Positions 10,031 to 20,900 of a stretch of DNA of 64,000 nucleotides are shown in pieces. Every line of letters starts with the position of its first letter. The first letter of the stretch is position 1. Source of the DNA: a virus; the IMG/VR virus record IMGVR_UViG_2044078006_000016, positions 762-64,761 of that record; one strand, given 5' to 3'. The notes under the pieces were generated by a model. That model saw only the letters and a program-made list of their open reading frames with translations, did not search any database and had not been told where the DNA came from. Position numbers and translations under genes: made by a program.

Positions 10031-13000
10031 TCGCTTAGATCCCCAATTTGGACCCGCTTGACGCCTTCATTGTCCCAAAACCGTAATGATCTATTTGTCA
10101 TCATTGATCTTCCCTGTCCTGGAACAACCCCATTGATTTCAAACGTGCCATCAAAGAACAGCTTCCAACCAGCCTTACCTGGGTCGTAGTTATTGGACTG
10201 GATGTAGTTGCCGATCTTGGCGTTGGTGATCGTCCCGTCCTGGATGAAAGCCGACTTAATGAACGTCTGCCCACCCTGTACCGCAAAGGGCACGATGCCG
10301 GCTTGCCCGATGGCGAACCGGTCGGCGTCGATGATGAACTGCGACTGCAGGCCGCCTGGCCCGTTCTCCAGGCCCAGCCCAATCCCGGCGTACTTGTAGA
10401 CGCCCGTGGCGGTTTCGTACTGCAGCCGCACAGTCCAGTTAAGTGTCAGCTTCTTGTTCACGTCCTGGATAGCCGTCGCGTTCGTCTGGATAGCTGCGGT
10501 GTTACCGTCGAGGGTCGTTTTCACAGTTTCGATGCTGGACGCGAGCACGCCCTCGCCGCTGATCCTTGCGGTTTGCTCGGCGGCGACTGCCGCGGCGGTC
10601 GCCGCCACCTTCACCTCGACGGCCTCGGTCTTCTGCCCCTGGACAAGATCCCCCTCGATCAATGCTGATTGAGTGGACCAGACCCCAACATAGGCTGCTT
10701 CGGAACCCATCAGCGCGCTATCGTCGCCCTGCAGCGGCGGATTGACCTGTAAATAGATGCCATCTACGCGTTCAGCGGTGGTTTTGACCTTGCCGTCGAG
10801 CGTGGTAACCGATGCCTTCAACGTGCTCAGGCCCGACGCCGTGGCAACCACGCCGGTGACTGGATCGTTGACTGTCGTCCTCACCGCATTCAACTGCGAC
10901 GCCTGGGCGCTGATGTCCTGGCCGTGCTGATTAATCGTCGCCGAGTTCTGCTGAACCTGCGTCACCAGGGCGTTTACCGTCTGCGTTACCGTGCCGATAT
11001 CGGTCCAGTAGGTTGCGTTCGGCGGCGGGTTGTTTGCCGGTACCGGGCCGTTTGCCTGATACAGGTGCTGCCCCATTCGCACAATGTCGTTCAAGGCGTA
11101 GGCCTTGCTGGGAACGTACTCAAGGGCGTCGACGATCTGGTCAATCAGGCCTTCCAGCTCCTTCTTGGCCGTGTTAATGCGGCTGTTCACCGAACCCGTG
11201 CCATTGCCGTCGACAAGGTTGATACGGTCGTTGAGCGTCTTCCCAAGCGACGTTTCGTTGATCTGGCCCTTGATCTGTTCAAGGATCGGCCCAGCGTCCG
11301 AACTGGCCTGGCCCATCACACCATTCACCACCGGGTAGAACGGACCGATATTTCCGGTGCGGTCCACCAGGCGCGCCCAGAAGAACAGCGTTGCGCCTGC
11401 CAGCAGCTGCTGCATGCGGTAGTCAGCCTGCGGATACGCCAGGTCGGCCAGCTTGGTAGCCGCCGCCAGGTTGTTCGCCGGGCCATACCACAGCTCGGTG
11501 CGCTGGGTGTCTTCTGCACCGGGTGGGAAGCCCCACTTGATGCTGATGCCAAATAGTTCGCTGGTGGTGCGCAGGAACGACACCGCCGGCGGCAGGCCGG
11601 TTTTGCCTTGCAGGTTGGTGAGGTTCGAACTCTTCCAGACTGAGGATATTTCAAAGGCGCTCACCGAGCGCACGCGGGCCAGGTAGGCGCCCGAGTAAAT
11701 GCCGGTGACGTCGACGCTAGTCGAACCAGTACGCTGCACCCTGATCCAGTTGCCGCTGTCCTTGCGCCACTCCACGTCGTACGCGACGGCGCCGGTGACG
11801 GCTGGCCACGAGATGTTCATGGTGCTGATGGCAATGCCTTGATTCACTGCGTAGCTCGACGTCAGCGAGACGCTGGCCGGTGCTGGAACCACCGTGATTG
11901 GGATAACGCTGATAGGACGCTCTTCCAGGCGCGCGCCGGTGTCGATGTGCGCAAACTTGCTCGGGTCGTACTGCACGGCCGAGATCTCGAACACGCCAGG
12001 CTCTGGCCGGGCCACGCTCACGACCCGATACAGCGGGATCGCCAAGTCATCGGCATCCAGCGCCCACACCAGTTCAGCTTCGGGCGTCACGGAATAAGCC
12101 ACAGTAACCGTGACCTGCCGGCCACTGACCAGTTGCACGGTGCGCCCCTCGCACTTGCCGTCGGGCAGGTTGAGGATAAGGCGGTCGCCGGGCTTGGCCT
12201 GGGTGTCACGGTCCAGCGTTATGGCCTTGCCGTTCACCGCCGAGATACGCCCGCCCACTGGCCGACCGGCCAGCAGTTCGTCCGCGATCGGGATCACGTA
12301 GCCAGGCAACGGAATGCGCCCGTCGAGGCCGACCTTGAAGGTAACCGCCCGATCCTTGGAGTTTGTGAGCAGCGCCCACTTGCCACGGCGCTGAGCCTCC
12401 GATTCACGGGTGCAGCCAATCGCACTGATCTCCAGCGGGTTGTCGCCGTAGCGCCGCTGCAGCTTCTGGTCGGTCACTGCAGTGACGTCTGTGTCGTAGT
12501 TGTTCAGCGGGTTGTCGTAGCTGACCAGCGCCCGGGTATAGCGGGTGCGCTCCGACGCGCTGGAGTAGGTGAACTTGCCATCGAGCACGTTTGCGCGGGT
12601 GTAAGCGAAGTCGAAGTCCGTGGCTCGCGGCATATCCGACAGGGTGAATACCTGGCCCTGAGCCCAGTAGGTCATCCCTCGGTAGATCGCCGAGATATCG
12701 CGCAGCAGAGACCAGGCATCAGCCTTGCTCTGCAGGTTCAAGTTGCAGATAAAGCGCGGCTCTTGGCCACCCTTCCCGTCCGGCACCAACTGATCGCAGT
12801 ACTGCGAGATCCGGTAAAGCTCCCACTTGTCGACCATCCAAGGCTTGATGCGGCGACCCAAGCCGAAGCGGTCGTTCGTGGTGATGCCGAATGTCGCCCA
12901 AGTCGGATTGTTGGTGTAGGCCTCCTTGAAGGTACCGTCCCACACGCCGCCGTATGTGCGCGATGCCGGGTCATAGTTGCTCGGTACTGACCATTTTCGA

Positions 13001-13752
13001 GCCTTGCAGCCCACGGTCACCGCCGGGATGCTGCGGAACTGCTCTGCCGAGAACTCGATGTAGAGAAGCGCGGTATTCGGGTAGCGAATTTTCGCGTCGA
13101 TCACCTCAGTGAAGCCGGCGATCTGCATCGTGTCCGAGATTTTGTTGTTGTTCTGGTTGATAGTCAGACGGGTGATGCGCATCAGCCAACCGGTAGCTGC
13201 CTTGGGCAAATCAACGCGACGAGTACGCTCATAGGTGGTGGTGGTCTTACCGTCGACAGCCTCACTCAGCACCTGCTTGTAAGCGCCGCCATCGGTGGCC
13301 AACTCGACCTTGTACTCAATTCGGTAGCCGTTGATGTTGTTGTCCGCATCGACGGATTGCAGTGCTGGCCATGCAAATCGAACGCGCACAGCGGAAAGCT
13401 GAGTATTGCTGATCGCCCTAACCCACGGCGTGCCGCTACGCAGCTCCGTGCTGATGGTGGTCTCGTTCTCAACGGACGGAATGCCCTGGATATAGGTCTG
13501 GTCGACCGCGCCAGTACGCCATTCCCACTTGACGTTCGGGAAGTTCATGTTCCCCTGAGGGTCTTGCAGTGGGGTGTTATCGAGATAGATATCCTTGGCG
13601 GTTGGCGTACCTTCGAACTCACCCTCGCCCACGGCGATCAGCATCTTGGCGAGGGCGACAGAACGCAGGCTGTCCGGGGCTTCCGTTGGCGTTTTTGCTT
13701 TCTCTTCGCCGCCCTTGGCGCCGTGGATATCAAATTTGCGTGCTGCGCCCAT
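10027..13752 (-). CDS. J: Tail tip / central fibre protein J (host specificity)
   Basis: 1241 aa; GAKGG N-terminus, GEGEFEG, fibronectin-like repeats, C-terminal IQDGTITNAKIG...GW region. Confidence 0.95.
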   Translation of the reverse strand: MGAARKFDIHGAKGGEEKAKTPTEAPDSLRSVALAKMLIAVGEGEFEGTPTAKDIYLDNTPLQDPQGNMNFPNVKWEWRTGAVDQTYIQGIPSVENETTISTELRSGTPWVRAISNTQLSAVRVRFAWPALQSVDADNNINGYRIEYKVELATDGGAYKQVLSEAVDGKTTTTYERTRRVDLPKAATGWLMRITRLTINQNNNKISDTMQIAGFTEVIDAKIRYPNTALLYIEFSAEQFRSIPAVTVGCKARKWSVPSNYDPASRTYGGVWDGTFKEAYTNNPTWATFGITTNDRFGLGRRIKPWMVDKWELYRISQYCDQLVPDGKGGQEPRFICNLNLQSKADAWSLLRDISAIYRGMTYWAQGQVFTLSDMPRATDFDFAYTRANVLDGKFTYSSASERTRYTRALVSYDNPLNNYDTDVTAVTDQKLQRRYGDNPLEISAIGCTRESEAQRRGKWALLTNSKDRAVTFKVGLDGRIPLPGYVIPIADELLAGRPVGGRISAVNGKAITLDRDTQAKPGDRLILNLPDGKCEGRTVQLVSGRQVTVTVAYSVTPEAELVWALDADDLAIPLYRVVSVARPEPGVFEISAVQYDPSKFAHIDTGARLEERPISVIPITVVPAPASVSLTSSYAVNQGIAISTMNISWPAVTGAVAYDVEWRKDSGNWIRVQRTGSTSVDVTGIYSGAYLARVRSVSAFEISSVWKSSNLTNLQGKTGLPPAVSFLRTTSELFGISIKWGFPPGAEDTQRTELWYGPANNLAAATKLADLAYPQADYRMQQLLAGATLFFWARLVDRTGNIGPFYPVVNGVMGQASSDAGPILEQIKGQINETSLGKTLNDRINLVDGNGTGSVNSRINTAKKELEGLIDQIVDALEYVPSKAYALNDIVRMGQHLYQANGPVPANNPPPNATYWTDIGTVTQTVNALVTQVQQNSATINQHGQDISAQASQLNAVRTTVNDPVTGVVATASGLSTLKASVTTLDGKVKTTAERVDGIYLQVNPPLQGDDSALMGSEAAYVGVWSTQSALIEGDLVQGQKTEAVEVKVAATAAAVAAEQTARISGEGVLASSIETVKTTLDGNTAAIQTNATAIQDVNKKLTLNWTVRLQYETATGVYKYAGIGLGLENGPGGLQSQFIIDADRFAIGQAGIVPFAVQGGQTFIKSAFIQDGTITNAKIGNYIQSNNYDPGKAGWKLFFDGTFEINGVVPGQGRSMMTNRSLRFWDNEGVKRVQIGDLSE

Positions 13753-13811
13753 GCTTTTCTCCAGGCAATAAAAAACCGGCTCGCGGCCGGCTGCTGTGTT
13801 GGGGGTCGTCG

Positions 13812-14423
13812 TTACATCTGGTCTTCGGCGTAGATGGCGGCACTAATGATTGCCCCACCCCAGCGGCGCTCGCCGATGCAGAGTGGTACTGGGTTACCGG
13901 ATGCCGTGGTGTTCTTGGCGCTGCCGAAGGCGTAGCCGGGAGTGTTCTCGGGCGCGGCGCTGGTCTTGAGGCCGCCGGCCTGGGGACTGAGCATTTGGAT
14001 TACGCCGCCCAGCACCATCGAGCCGCCCATCATGATCAGCGCGGAACCGAATGGTGCCCCCGCGCCGAATGTGCCGCCGGTGATGACGAGGCCGACAACG
14101 ATCAGCACTGCCCCGACAATGGTTTGCAGTGCGCCGCCGCGCTTACTGCCGGTTATCACCGGGGCAATGCGAATATCACCCTCGCCCGAGAATTCAAGCT
14201 CCTTCTCCGCTAGGTTTGTCTTGCCGCGAAATACGGCGAACTCAACCCCATGGGACTTGGCGCTGGAAAGGAATCGCTCGAACCCTGGAATCTGCACGCA
14301 CAGAGCCTTAACTGCTTCTGCCGGCGTCCTTACGGCCATCCGAAAGGACTTACCAAATTGACGAAGCTGTCCGTAGAGCAGGATTGTGGTCATAGGCTGA
14401 TAATTCACGGAAAGTGCCGCCAT
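13812..14423 (-). CDS. I: Tail assembly protein I
   Basis: LYGQL..FG...V.TPAEAVKAL; IRIAPVITGSK; PVPLCIGE.RWGG.IIS. Confidence 0.92.
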   Translation of the reverse strand: MAALSVNYQPMTTILLYGQLRQFGKSFRMAVRTPAEAVKALCVQIPGFERFLSSAKSHGVEFAVFRGKTNLAEKELEFSGEGDIRIAPVITGSKRGGALQTIVGAVLIVVGLVITGGTFGAGAPFGSALIMMGGSMVLGGVIQMLSPQAGGLKTSAAPENTPGYAFGSAKNTTASGNPVPLCIGERRWGGAIISAAIYAEDQM

Positions 14424-14443
14424 ATGCTTTTCTCCAGGTGATG

Positions 14444-14467
14444 AAAAGGCCCGCCGAAGCGAGCCTT
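14444..14467 (-). terminator. Intrinsic terminator after the PAS-MCP moron
   Basis: AAGGCTCGC-TTCG-GCGGGCCTTTT on the minus strand. Confidence 0.7.
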
Positions 14468-14634
14468 GAATTTGATGTACTCAGTAGGTGCTAGTTTAAA
14501 TACCGTCAGTCTCATATTGGAGATCAAATCACTAACAAACAAATGTCGCTTTGTCTCAGAAGCCGCGATTTTTGGCCGTTTTAAAGCTGCTCTCCGAGAC
14601 ACCCAAATGGCAGCCTAACCGTACTGCTCGTTCG

Positions 14635-15948
14635 CTAAGCAACCTGGGTCGCAAACCTGCCCACCGCGTCGACCACTCGCTTTGCACCATCCTGAATTTC
14701 GACAATGACCTGACCCGCCTGGGTGGCGAGCTCAAGGCCCTGTTCGGCTTGTGATTTGCTATTTGCCATTTCAGTGACGGTCTCATCTACGAGCTTCTGA
14801 TTCTGTAAAACTACCGATGCGATTTCTTCTGTCGCCGTGCTGGTCCGCCCAGCCAATTGTCGAACCTCGTCAGCCACAACCGCAAAGCCTCGACCCTGCT
14901 CACCTGCACGAGCAGCTTCAATCGCAGCGTTTAAAGCCAGAAGATTGGTTTGCTGAGCGATGCTGCTAATCGTCTGAATAATCGAGCTGATTAACAATGA
15001 CTGCTTGCCCAGCGCTTCTACTCCCCCAGAGGCTGCCTGCATGTCAACGGCGATTTTACGCATTGTGTGCATAGTGTCGTTTACCACGACAGCTCCTCGC
15101 TGTGCGCTGACATCAGTTTGCTGAGATATCTCAAATGCTGTCTGGGCTGCCCCGCTGACTTCCTGCTCACGGGCCACCTGATCCGTCACCACAGTCGCAA
15201 ACTTTACCACCTTACAAAGTTTACCTTCGGTGTCGTAAACCGGGTTGTAGGTTGCTTCCAGCCACACCGTTTGGCCGCGGCTGTCTAAGCGCTCGAATCG
15301 GCCGGCTACAAACTCACCTTTATTCAACACCGCCCAGAAATCCTTGTATTCTTGGGATGAAACTTGCTCGGGTTTACAGAAAACGCGGTGATGGCTCCCT
15401 TTTGCTTGCGCTATGCTGTAACCCATAGCTTGTAAAAATTGATCATTTGCCGTCAGTACATGTCCAGAGAGATCGAACTCGATCACCGCCGTTGAGCGCA
15501 ATAAAGCCTCAATGAAGGACGCATTTTCCGAAGCTTTTTCAACTCGTTGCGTAATGTCCGTCGCATAGCAAGTGACATGACTCAAGTCTCCGCCTACATT
15601 CATGATCGGCTGCCAATGTGCATGAATCCATACCAATGAACCATCAGCGTGCAGGTACCTGTAATCGTCGGTGATAGACCTGCCAGCAGCAACTGCAGCT
15701 CTAAAGTCATGAAAACACGCCAACTTTGAGACGTACTGAGGAACAATCTCGGCCATAGCACGACCTAAAAGCCGATCGGGGGCGTATCCCAGCGCATTTC
15801 CGAAATTTTGGTTGCATGCCGTAATTTTAAACGTCGGATCGATGCTCAGCGTTAGCATTTCACGGTCCAACCCGTCGCGCAGCTGCCGCAGCTGCATCAG
15901 CTCCTCAGCCTGAGATTGAAGCTGTTTCTTAAGAGTAGTATTGAACAT
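14635..15948 (-). CDS. Soluble PAS-PAS methyl-accepting chemotaxis protein (BdlA-like), moron between tail genes K and I
   Basis: Two PAS domains (ITACNQNF...VWIHAHWQP; LTANDQFL...[10 protein letters not shown]), short MCP signal domain, no TM segment. Confidence 0.92.
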   Translation of the reverse strand: MFNTTLKKQLQSQAEELMQLRQLRDGLDREMLTLSIDPTFKITACNQNFGNALGYAPDRLLGRAMAEIVPQYVSKLACFHDFRAAVAAGRSITDDYRYLHADGSLVWIHAHWQPIMNVGGDLSHVTCYATDITQRVEKASENASFIEALLRSTAVIEFDLSGHVLTANDQFLQAMGYSIAQAKGSHHRVFCKPEQVSSQEYKDFWAVLNKGEFVAGRFERLDSRGQTVWLEATYNPVYDTEGKLCKVVKFATVVTDQVAREQEVSGAAQTAFEISQQTDVSAQRGAVVVNDTMHTMRKIAVDMQAASGGVEALGKQSLLISSIIQTISSIAQQTNLLALNAAIEAARAGEQGRGFAVVADEVRQLAGRTSTATEEIASVVLQNQKLVDETVTEMANSKSQAEQGLELATQAGQVIVEIQDGAKRVVDAVGRFATQVA

Positions 15949-15977
15949 ATAAGATTGCCTCTTGAGTCATACCAATC

Positions 15978-16004
15978 TTATCGGCATGTCAGGGCACAAG
16001 TTGA
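15978..16004 (-). promoter_or_regulatory. sigma28 (FliA) promoter TCAA-N15-GCCGATAA
   Basis: Perfect -10 GCCGATAA and canonical 15-nt spacer, about 30 nt upstream of ATG 15948. Confidence 0.8.
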
Positions 16005-16097
16005 GGACATCCGAAGGAAAGGCGGTTTCTTTATTCATAGCGTAGTTCATCATGATCTCATGGCACTCAGAAGCTGCAGACGTCGATCTCACAGTTG

Positions 16098-16871
16098 CTA
16101 ATGGAGCTCTTGCTGGCCTTGAGCTAACCTGTGCCTGAGGATCAGGCGTGTTCTGTTATGCCATGGGCCACCAAAAACAATCATTTCGGACGGTCGGCCA
16201 TAAAGGTGATGCAGGAGAAAAGGCCCGGGACCATAGGTGCCTGACTCCTCACCGGGCAGCACCGGATCAGTCCCCAGGTAAATCCCGGCGTGGTTCGGGT
16301 GAAACGTCCGGCCGACATGCATGACAATCAGATCCCCGCGCTGCGGCCGGTCAACGAGAACAAAGCCGGCCGCCTCGTAATGCTGCTCGTACAGGCTGGA
16401 GTTGTTCGCACTCTCCCACCAACCATCAGTGCGCTGGAAGGCCTCGAACTCAATCCCCCATTCGCGCTTATACCAATCTGCGCAGACTTGCCAGCAGTCC
16501 CATGCACCGTGTACGAACGGGCGCTTGAGCAGTGGCGTGCTGCCCGTTGGCGTAGTCGTGCGCATGTCGCCCTCGGGCCAGGACAAAATGTGCCAGGGCA
16601 AGGCGGTGGCCTCGCACATGGCCAGATCGTGCGGTGACGGCCGGCTGGTGGCGTCCGGGTGCGAGTGGACAATGCCGATAACCTCGCCCTTGTCTTCCGC
16701 CGCGGCGTAGTCCTCGGGATCCAGCCGAAACTCTTCGTTCGGCTCCGTGGCGATGTTCCGGCACGGGAAGTACTTTTGCGCCCGGCCGACGGCCAGCAAT
16801 AGGCCGCAGCACTCTTTCGGGTATTGCGCCGCTGCGTGCGCCTGAATGGCCGCGATGATGTGCTTGCGCAT
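16098..16871 (-). CDS. K: Tail assembly protein K (JAB + NlpC/P60)
   Basis: YPKECCG, HSHPD, DCWQVCADWY, NHAGIYLG motifs. Confidence 0.93.
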   Translation of the reverse strand: MRKHIIAAIQAHAAAQYPKECCGLLLAVGRAQKYFPCRNIATEPNEEFRLDPEDYAAAEDKGEVIGIVHSHPDATSRPSPHDLAMCEATALPWHILSWPEGDMRTTTPTGSTPLLKRPFVHGAWDCWQVCADWYKREWGIEFEAFQRTDGWWESANNSSLYEQHYEAAGFVLVDRPQRGDLIVMHVGRTFHPNHAGIYLGTDPVLPGEESGTYGPGPFLLHHLYGRPSEMIVFGGPWHNRTRLILRHRLAQGQQELH

Positions 16872-16873
16872 GG

Positions 16874-17626
16874 TCAGCTCCGGGCAATGAGGGATACAGC
16901 GGGGAATCCGCCGAATGACAGTTCATTGTTCTCGCCGAATCGCAACTTGCAGGACGACAGGCAGCCCTTGCACTGATCCTTGGCCGGATCATCCGTGGGG
17001 TTGTCCTCGTCGTCGAACATGGCCGCGCCGGTGTAGCCGCAGTCAGGCCCACGGTAACCATTGGTCATGGCCCAGTGGCAGAACGTCGTCATTTGTCTGC
17101 CGGGCAGTCCGTGGTTATCGATCTCGCCCGGGGACGAAAGCTCCCAGACTACAGCCTCTCCGTCCTCGCTGGTTTTCTGGTCGATGTACCAGATCTCCAG
17201 CGCTTCCTGTGTCGGGTCAGCAGTAGGGTTGCCTTCGGGGAAGTTGGCTGCGTCCAGGTACTTGGCCAGGGTCTCGCGGACCGTCAACTTGAATTTCAGC
17301 ATGTCCTCGAAGGCCAGGCACAGCGCCGTCACGCGACCGTTGACGTTGCCAGCGGCGAATGTCGGCCGGGTGGCCGTGCCGTCGCTACTTGAGCCAATGC
17401 CTTCTATCTGCACCGGCCAGGCCGCGTACTCGGCACCCTGCCACCAAATCGACTTTGCCGGCAGATCAGCTTCCGATCCCCCGTATGCCAATAGTTCGTC
17501 CGGTGTGTGCGGGATGGCATGCCCGTGGAAGCGTAGGTAATCGGCGCCGTACTCGGTCCCGTCAATTTCGAATAGGCGAATTTCGCCGCCGGGCTCCAGT
17601 TTCTGGATGTCCGTGATCAGTGCCAT
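16874..17626 (-). CDS. L: Minor tail protein L
   Basis: IQKLEPG..IRLFEIDG; C...YRG.DCGY...D.C...LSSCKLRFG Fe-S Cys pattern. Confidence 0.95.
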   Translation of the reverse strand: MALITDIQKLEPGGEIRLFEIDGTEYGADYLRFHGHAIPHTPDELLAYGGSEADLPAKSIWWQGAEYAAWPVQIEGIGSSSDGTATRPTFAAGNVNGRVTALCLAFEDMLKFKLTVRETLAKYLDAANFPEGNPTADPTQEALEIWYIDQKTSEDGEAVVWELSSPGEIDNHGLPGRQMTTFCHWAMTNGYRGPDCGYTGAAMFDDEDNPTDDPAKDQCKGCLSSCKLRFGENNELSFGGFPAVSLIARS

Positions 17627-17637
17627 GGGCCGTTATC

Positions 17638-17976
17638 TCAGGGGTGAAAGGTTTGCTGGAAGGTGGCGGTGATGGCGTAGACCTGGCCGCCACGGTGAAC
17701 AGGCTTGTAGCCGTTGCACTTGTAGAGCCCAAGCACGCCGAGTGGTGGCGTCCAGAGAAACGCCTTTGCCCCTTTGTGCTTGTCGAGGAACTTCCTGATC
17801 TCCAGGATTCGCGCGGCCATACCGGTAAACGTCACCGGCCAGGATTCCGACTGATTGTTCAGTCCGTCCTCGACCGACTGCTCATAGCCATCGCCGAACT
17901 TTTTGGTCCGGACGCGCTGGGTAATCTCCCCTTCCGCGCCCTTCTCCGTTGCCCATGTAAATCGTTCGATTGCCAT
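17638..17976 (-). CDS. M: Minor tail protein M (distal tail)
   Basis: KFGDGYEQ...GLN...FL..H.GAKAFLWTPP. Confidence 0.93.
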   Translation of the reverse strand: MAIERFTWATEKGAEGEITQRVRTKKFGDGYEQSVEDGLNNQSESWPVTFTGMAARILEIRKFLDKHKGAKAFLWTPPLGVLGLYKCNGYKPVHRGGQVYAITATFQQTFHP

Positions 17977-20900
17977 CAGCGCCCCTTGATTGCTTTGTTG
18001 ATGACGCCGCCCTGGCCCATGTCCTTGTTGCGCATCTGCTGGTACTTCTGCTCCACAAAAGCCGCCAGCTCCTTGCCGAAGAGGTCGTAGCCAGGCGCGT
18101 CGGCGGAGGATGATGCGTTGCCGTCTCCGTCGATATGCACCTCAACGTTGATCTGCGTTGCACCCGCCCCGCCGCCGCCCATGGCCATAACACCCAGCTT
18201 GCCGCTGGACGTGCGAGTCAAAGGCATGATCGCCTCCGCCCCAGCCTCACCCATGACCCCGGTTTTGCCGTTGGCCATGCCGAACGCGGTTGGCTTGCTG
18301 ACGATTGAGTTGGTGAAGGCGCCGCCGTCGGCGAACATCTGCACACCGCCCGACCAGGCGCCGCCCAATGCTTGAGGGAAGTACGAGCCCGAGTAGCCGC
18401 CCGCTGATGCGCCAAGATTTGACGATGCAGCACCGGCAGACCCAGCGGCCAGCCCATTGCCGCCGCCGGCGCTTCCACCGAAGTAGCTCGCCGCTGCGCC
18501 AACCAAACTGCCAAGCAACGCTGAACTCGCCTGACGGGTCGCGATACGCGCCATATCCGCCAAAATCGATTTCGTGAAGTCCGCAAAGGAAAGCTTCCCA
18601 GTCGTGGCGAAGTTGACCACGGCATCTTCCATGGAGCTAAAGGCATTGCCGAACAGGCTTTTTGTCTGCCCGGCGACGTTGCGAGCCGAATCCAAGTAGT
18701 TGTCCCAAGCAGCTGTCGCGCCTTTAGTCCAATCGCCTTGGGCGTTCTCCACATCCGCGTAGTTCTGACGGATCTGGTCAGTGGCGGCCTTGTTCGCGTC
18801 TGCGAGCGCCTGCGACTTACGTTTGAACTCCTCCTCCGACATATTCCGCGATGGGTCGGACTTCTGGTTGGCCAGCTCCAGCGACTGCTGAGCAAACCGG
18901 TCTTGCTGGCTGTTCAGCTCTCCGCTGAGTGCGTTCTGGCGGTCACCCTGGCCTACGCCAATCACGGCGCGCTGCCCGGCAAGCTCCAAGGCTCGTTGTT
19001 GCTGCCCTAGTGCCTGAACGTAGGTGCTGATCGCGCGCTCTTGCTTCGCCAGGCGCCCGGTCTCGTTGGTCGCCAACACTTCAAGCTGGCTATCAGCGTC
19101 TTTCTGCGCCTTGACCATTCCCGCTCGCGCGTCAGCGATCTTCTGGTCGAGCTGGATGCTCTGCGCGGACGAAGTAGTTTTCTTGCCTTTGGCGACCTCC
19201 AATGCAGCAATCTCGGCCTCATATGCCGCCTTGGTCTGGTCGAGCTGATTGCCGATCAGCGCCCGGCGCCGCAGCAGATAGTCTTCTTCGGACAGCAAGC
19301 CAGCCTTTTGAGCCGCATCCAGTTCCTTCTGGTAATTTTTGTAAGTGTCGGTGATCGCTGCCAGGTCGTTCTTGGCGTTGTTGAAACTGGTTAAGTCGAC
19401 CTGGGAACCGGCGGCCTTCGGGTCTTTGAACTTGTCGTTGATATTGGCGATGTTTTTGTCGACCGTTGCCTGAGCCAGGCGAGGATCGTTCGGCGCTACC
19501 TTGCGGATATCGTCGAGTTGTTTTTTGTAGTCCTTGAGCGCATCGGCGCGCTTCTGCTCATTCGTCCATGATGATTTAGTCAAAGCATCGATTTTAGCCA
19601 TCGACGATACGGCTTCGCCTTGGGCCTTGGCTTGGTCACCCTCCCACTTCGCGATATCGGCTTGGGCCGCCTTCTCATCTTCCAGCATGTTTAGGCGATC
19701 TTGCCGAAACTCAATCAGCGCGTCTTTGGACTTTTTGTTTTGGAACAAACCGTCCATGTTTTGCGCATCAAGCAGGTCCGCCTTCGCACCTTCAATATCC
19801 GCGTTGATGTCGCGACGGCCAATATTCTTGATCCCGTCGGCGGCGCGCGCCACGGCGTTGTAGGCCTTTTCCCAAAGACTGAGGTTTGCCAGAATCTTCG
19901 GAGTGCGCTCATTGATCGCATCAGCGTAGGCATCGGTCGCGAGCTTTACGGCACCGGCATGATCGCCTTGCTTCTCAAGGGCCTCGATTTGCGAGTAAAC
20001 CGAGGCAGTCAGGTAGTGGTACTGCTCGTTTAGCGCGGCGGACGCCTTGACCGGATCGTCAGCCAGCTTGGAAAACTCGGCAACCGTCTCGCTCACGGCC
20101 TTGCCGGTCGCTTCCTGCATCGACACGGCGGCCTGAGTGATCTCGGTAAAGCTCGCACCTGCGATCTTCCCGTTGTCAGCCAGCAGGGCCAGGACAGAGG
20201 CTGCTTGCCCCGTAGAGCCAACAGTAGCGCTGACCTGGCGCGCCATATCGCCGAGCTGTCCGGCACTGACGCCTGCATAGTTGCCGGTAAGGATCAGCGA
20301 ATTGTTGTATTTGTTGGTTTCGGCTCTGCCCTGAACAAATCCATAAGCGAGTGCGCCGACAGCTGCTACAGCAAGCCCAATAGGCGCGGCCATGGCTGCG
20401 ATCCGAACGGCCGAAGCGCCGGCATTGGTCCCCAGCTCCAGAACGTTGTGCGCTGCAACGCGGATGTTGCCTTCAGCCAGAGCGTTTCCCAGCTGAACCA
20501 CGTTCTGCCTGGCGGCCTTGGTGTTCAGTCCGAGGCCGGCAAACGCCGAACTCGTCTTGTCGATCTCGGCATACTTGCCATCGATCTTCTTCAGGGCCTG
20601 GTTGTATTGCTCTTGGTTGATACGACCCGCATCCAGGTGCTTACCCAGCTGCTCAACCTGGGTATCCAGCTTTGCCAATGCGGCCCGGGCCGGGTCGATG
20701 GCACACAGCAGGCTGTTCAGGGCCTTCTGCTCGTCCATCGCTGACTTGGCCAAGGCGATTTGCTGCTTATCGAGCTGCGCCGAGATCTTCGCCGCCTCGG
20801 CCTCGCCATAGGCGCCGGTCTTGGTCAGCTTGGTGAGCGCATCACGCTGCTTTGCCAGGTCCTGCGTAGTCTTGGCGCTGGTGGAAAGTGATTTCTCCAG

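Noticed and set aside
11839-12990. Long antisense ORFs (also 21347..22519, 25669..26703, 38974..39900, 48072..49241)
   Set aside because: Shadows of well-supported genes on the opposite strand in GC-rich, codon-biased DNA; no motifs or SD.
8057-13752. Diversity-generating retroelement or tail-fibre shufflon
   Set aside because: No reverse transcriptase, no template/variable repeat pair, and no invertase or inverted fibre cassettes seen.
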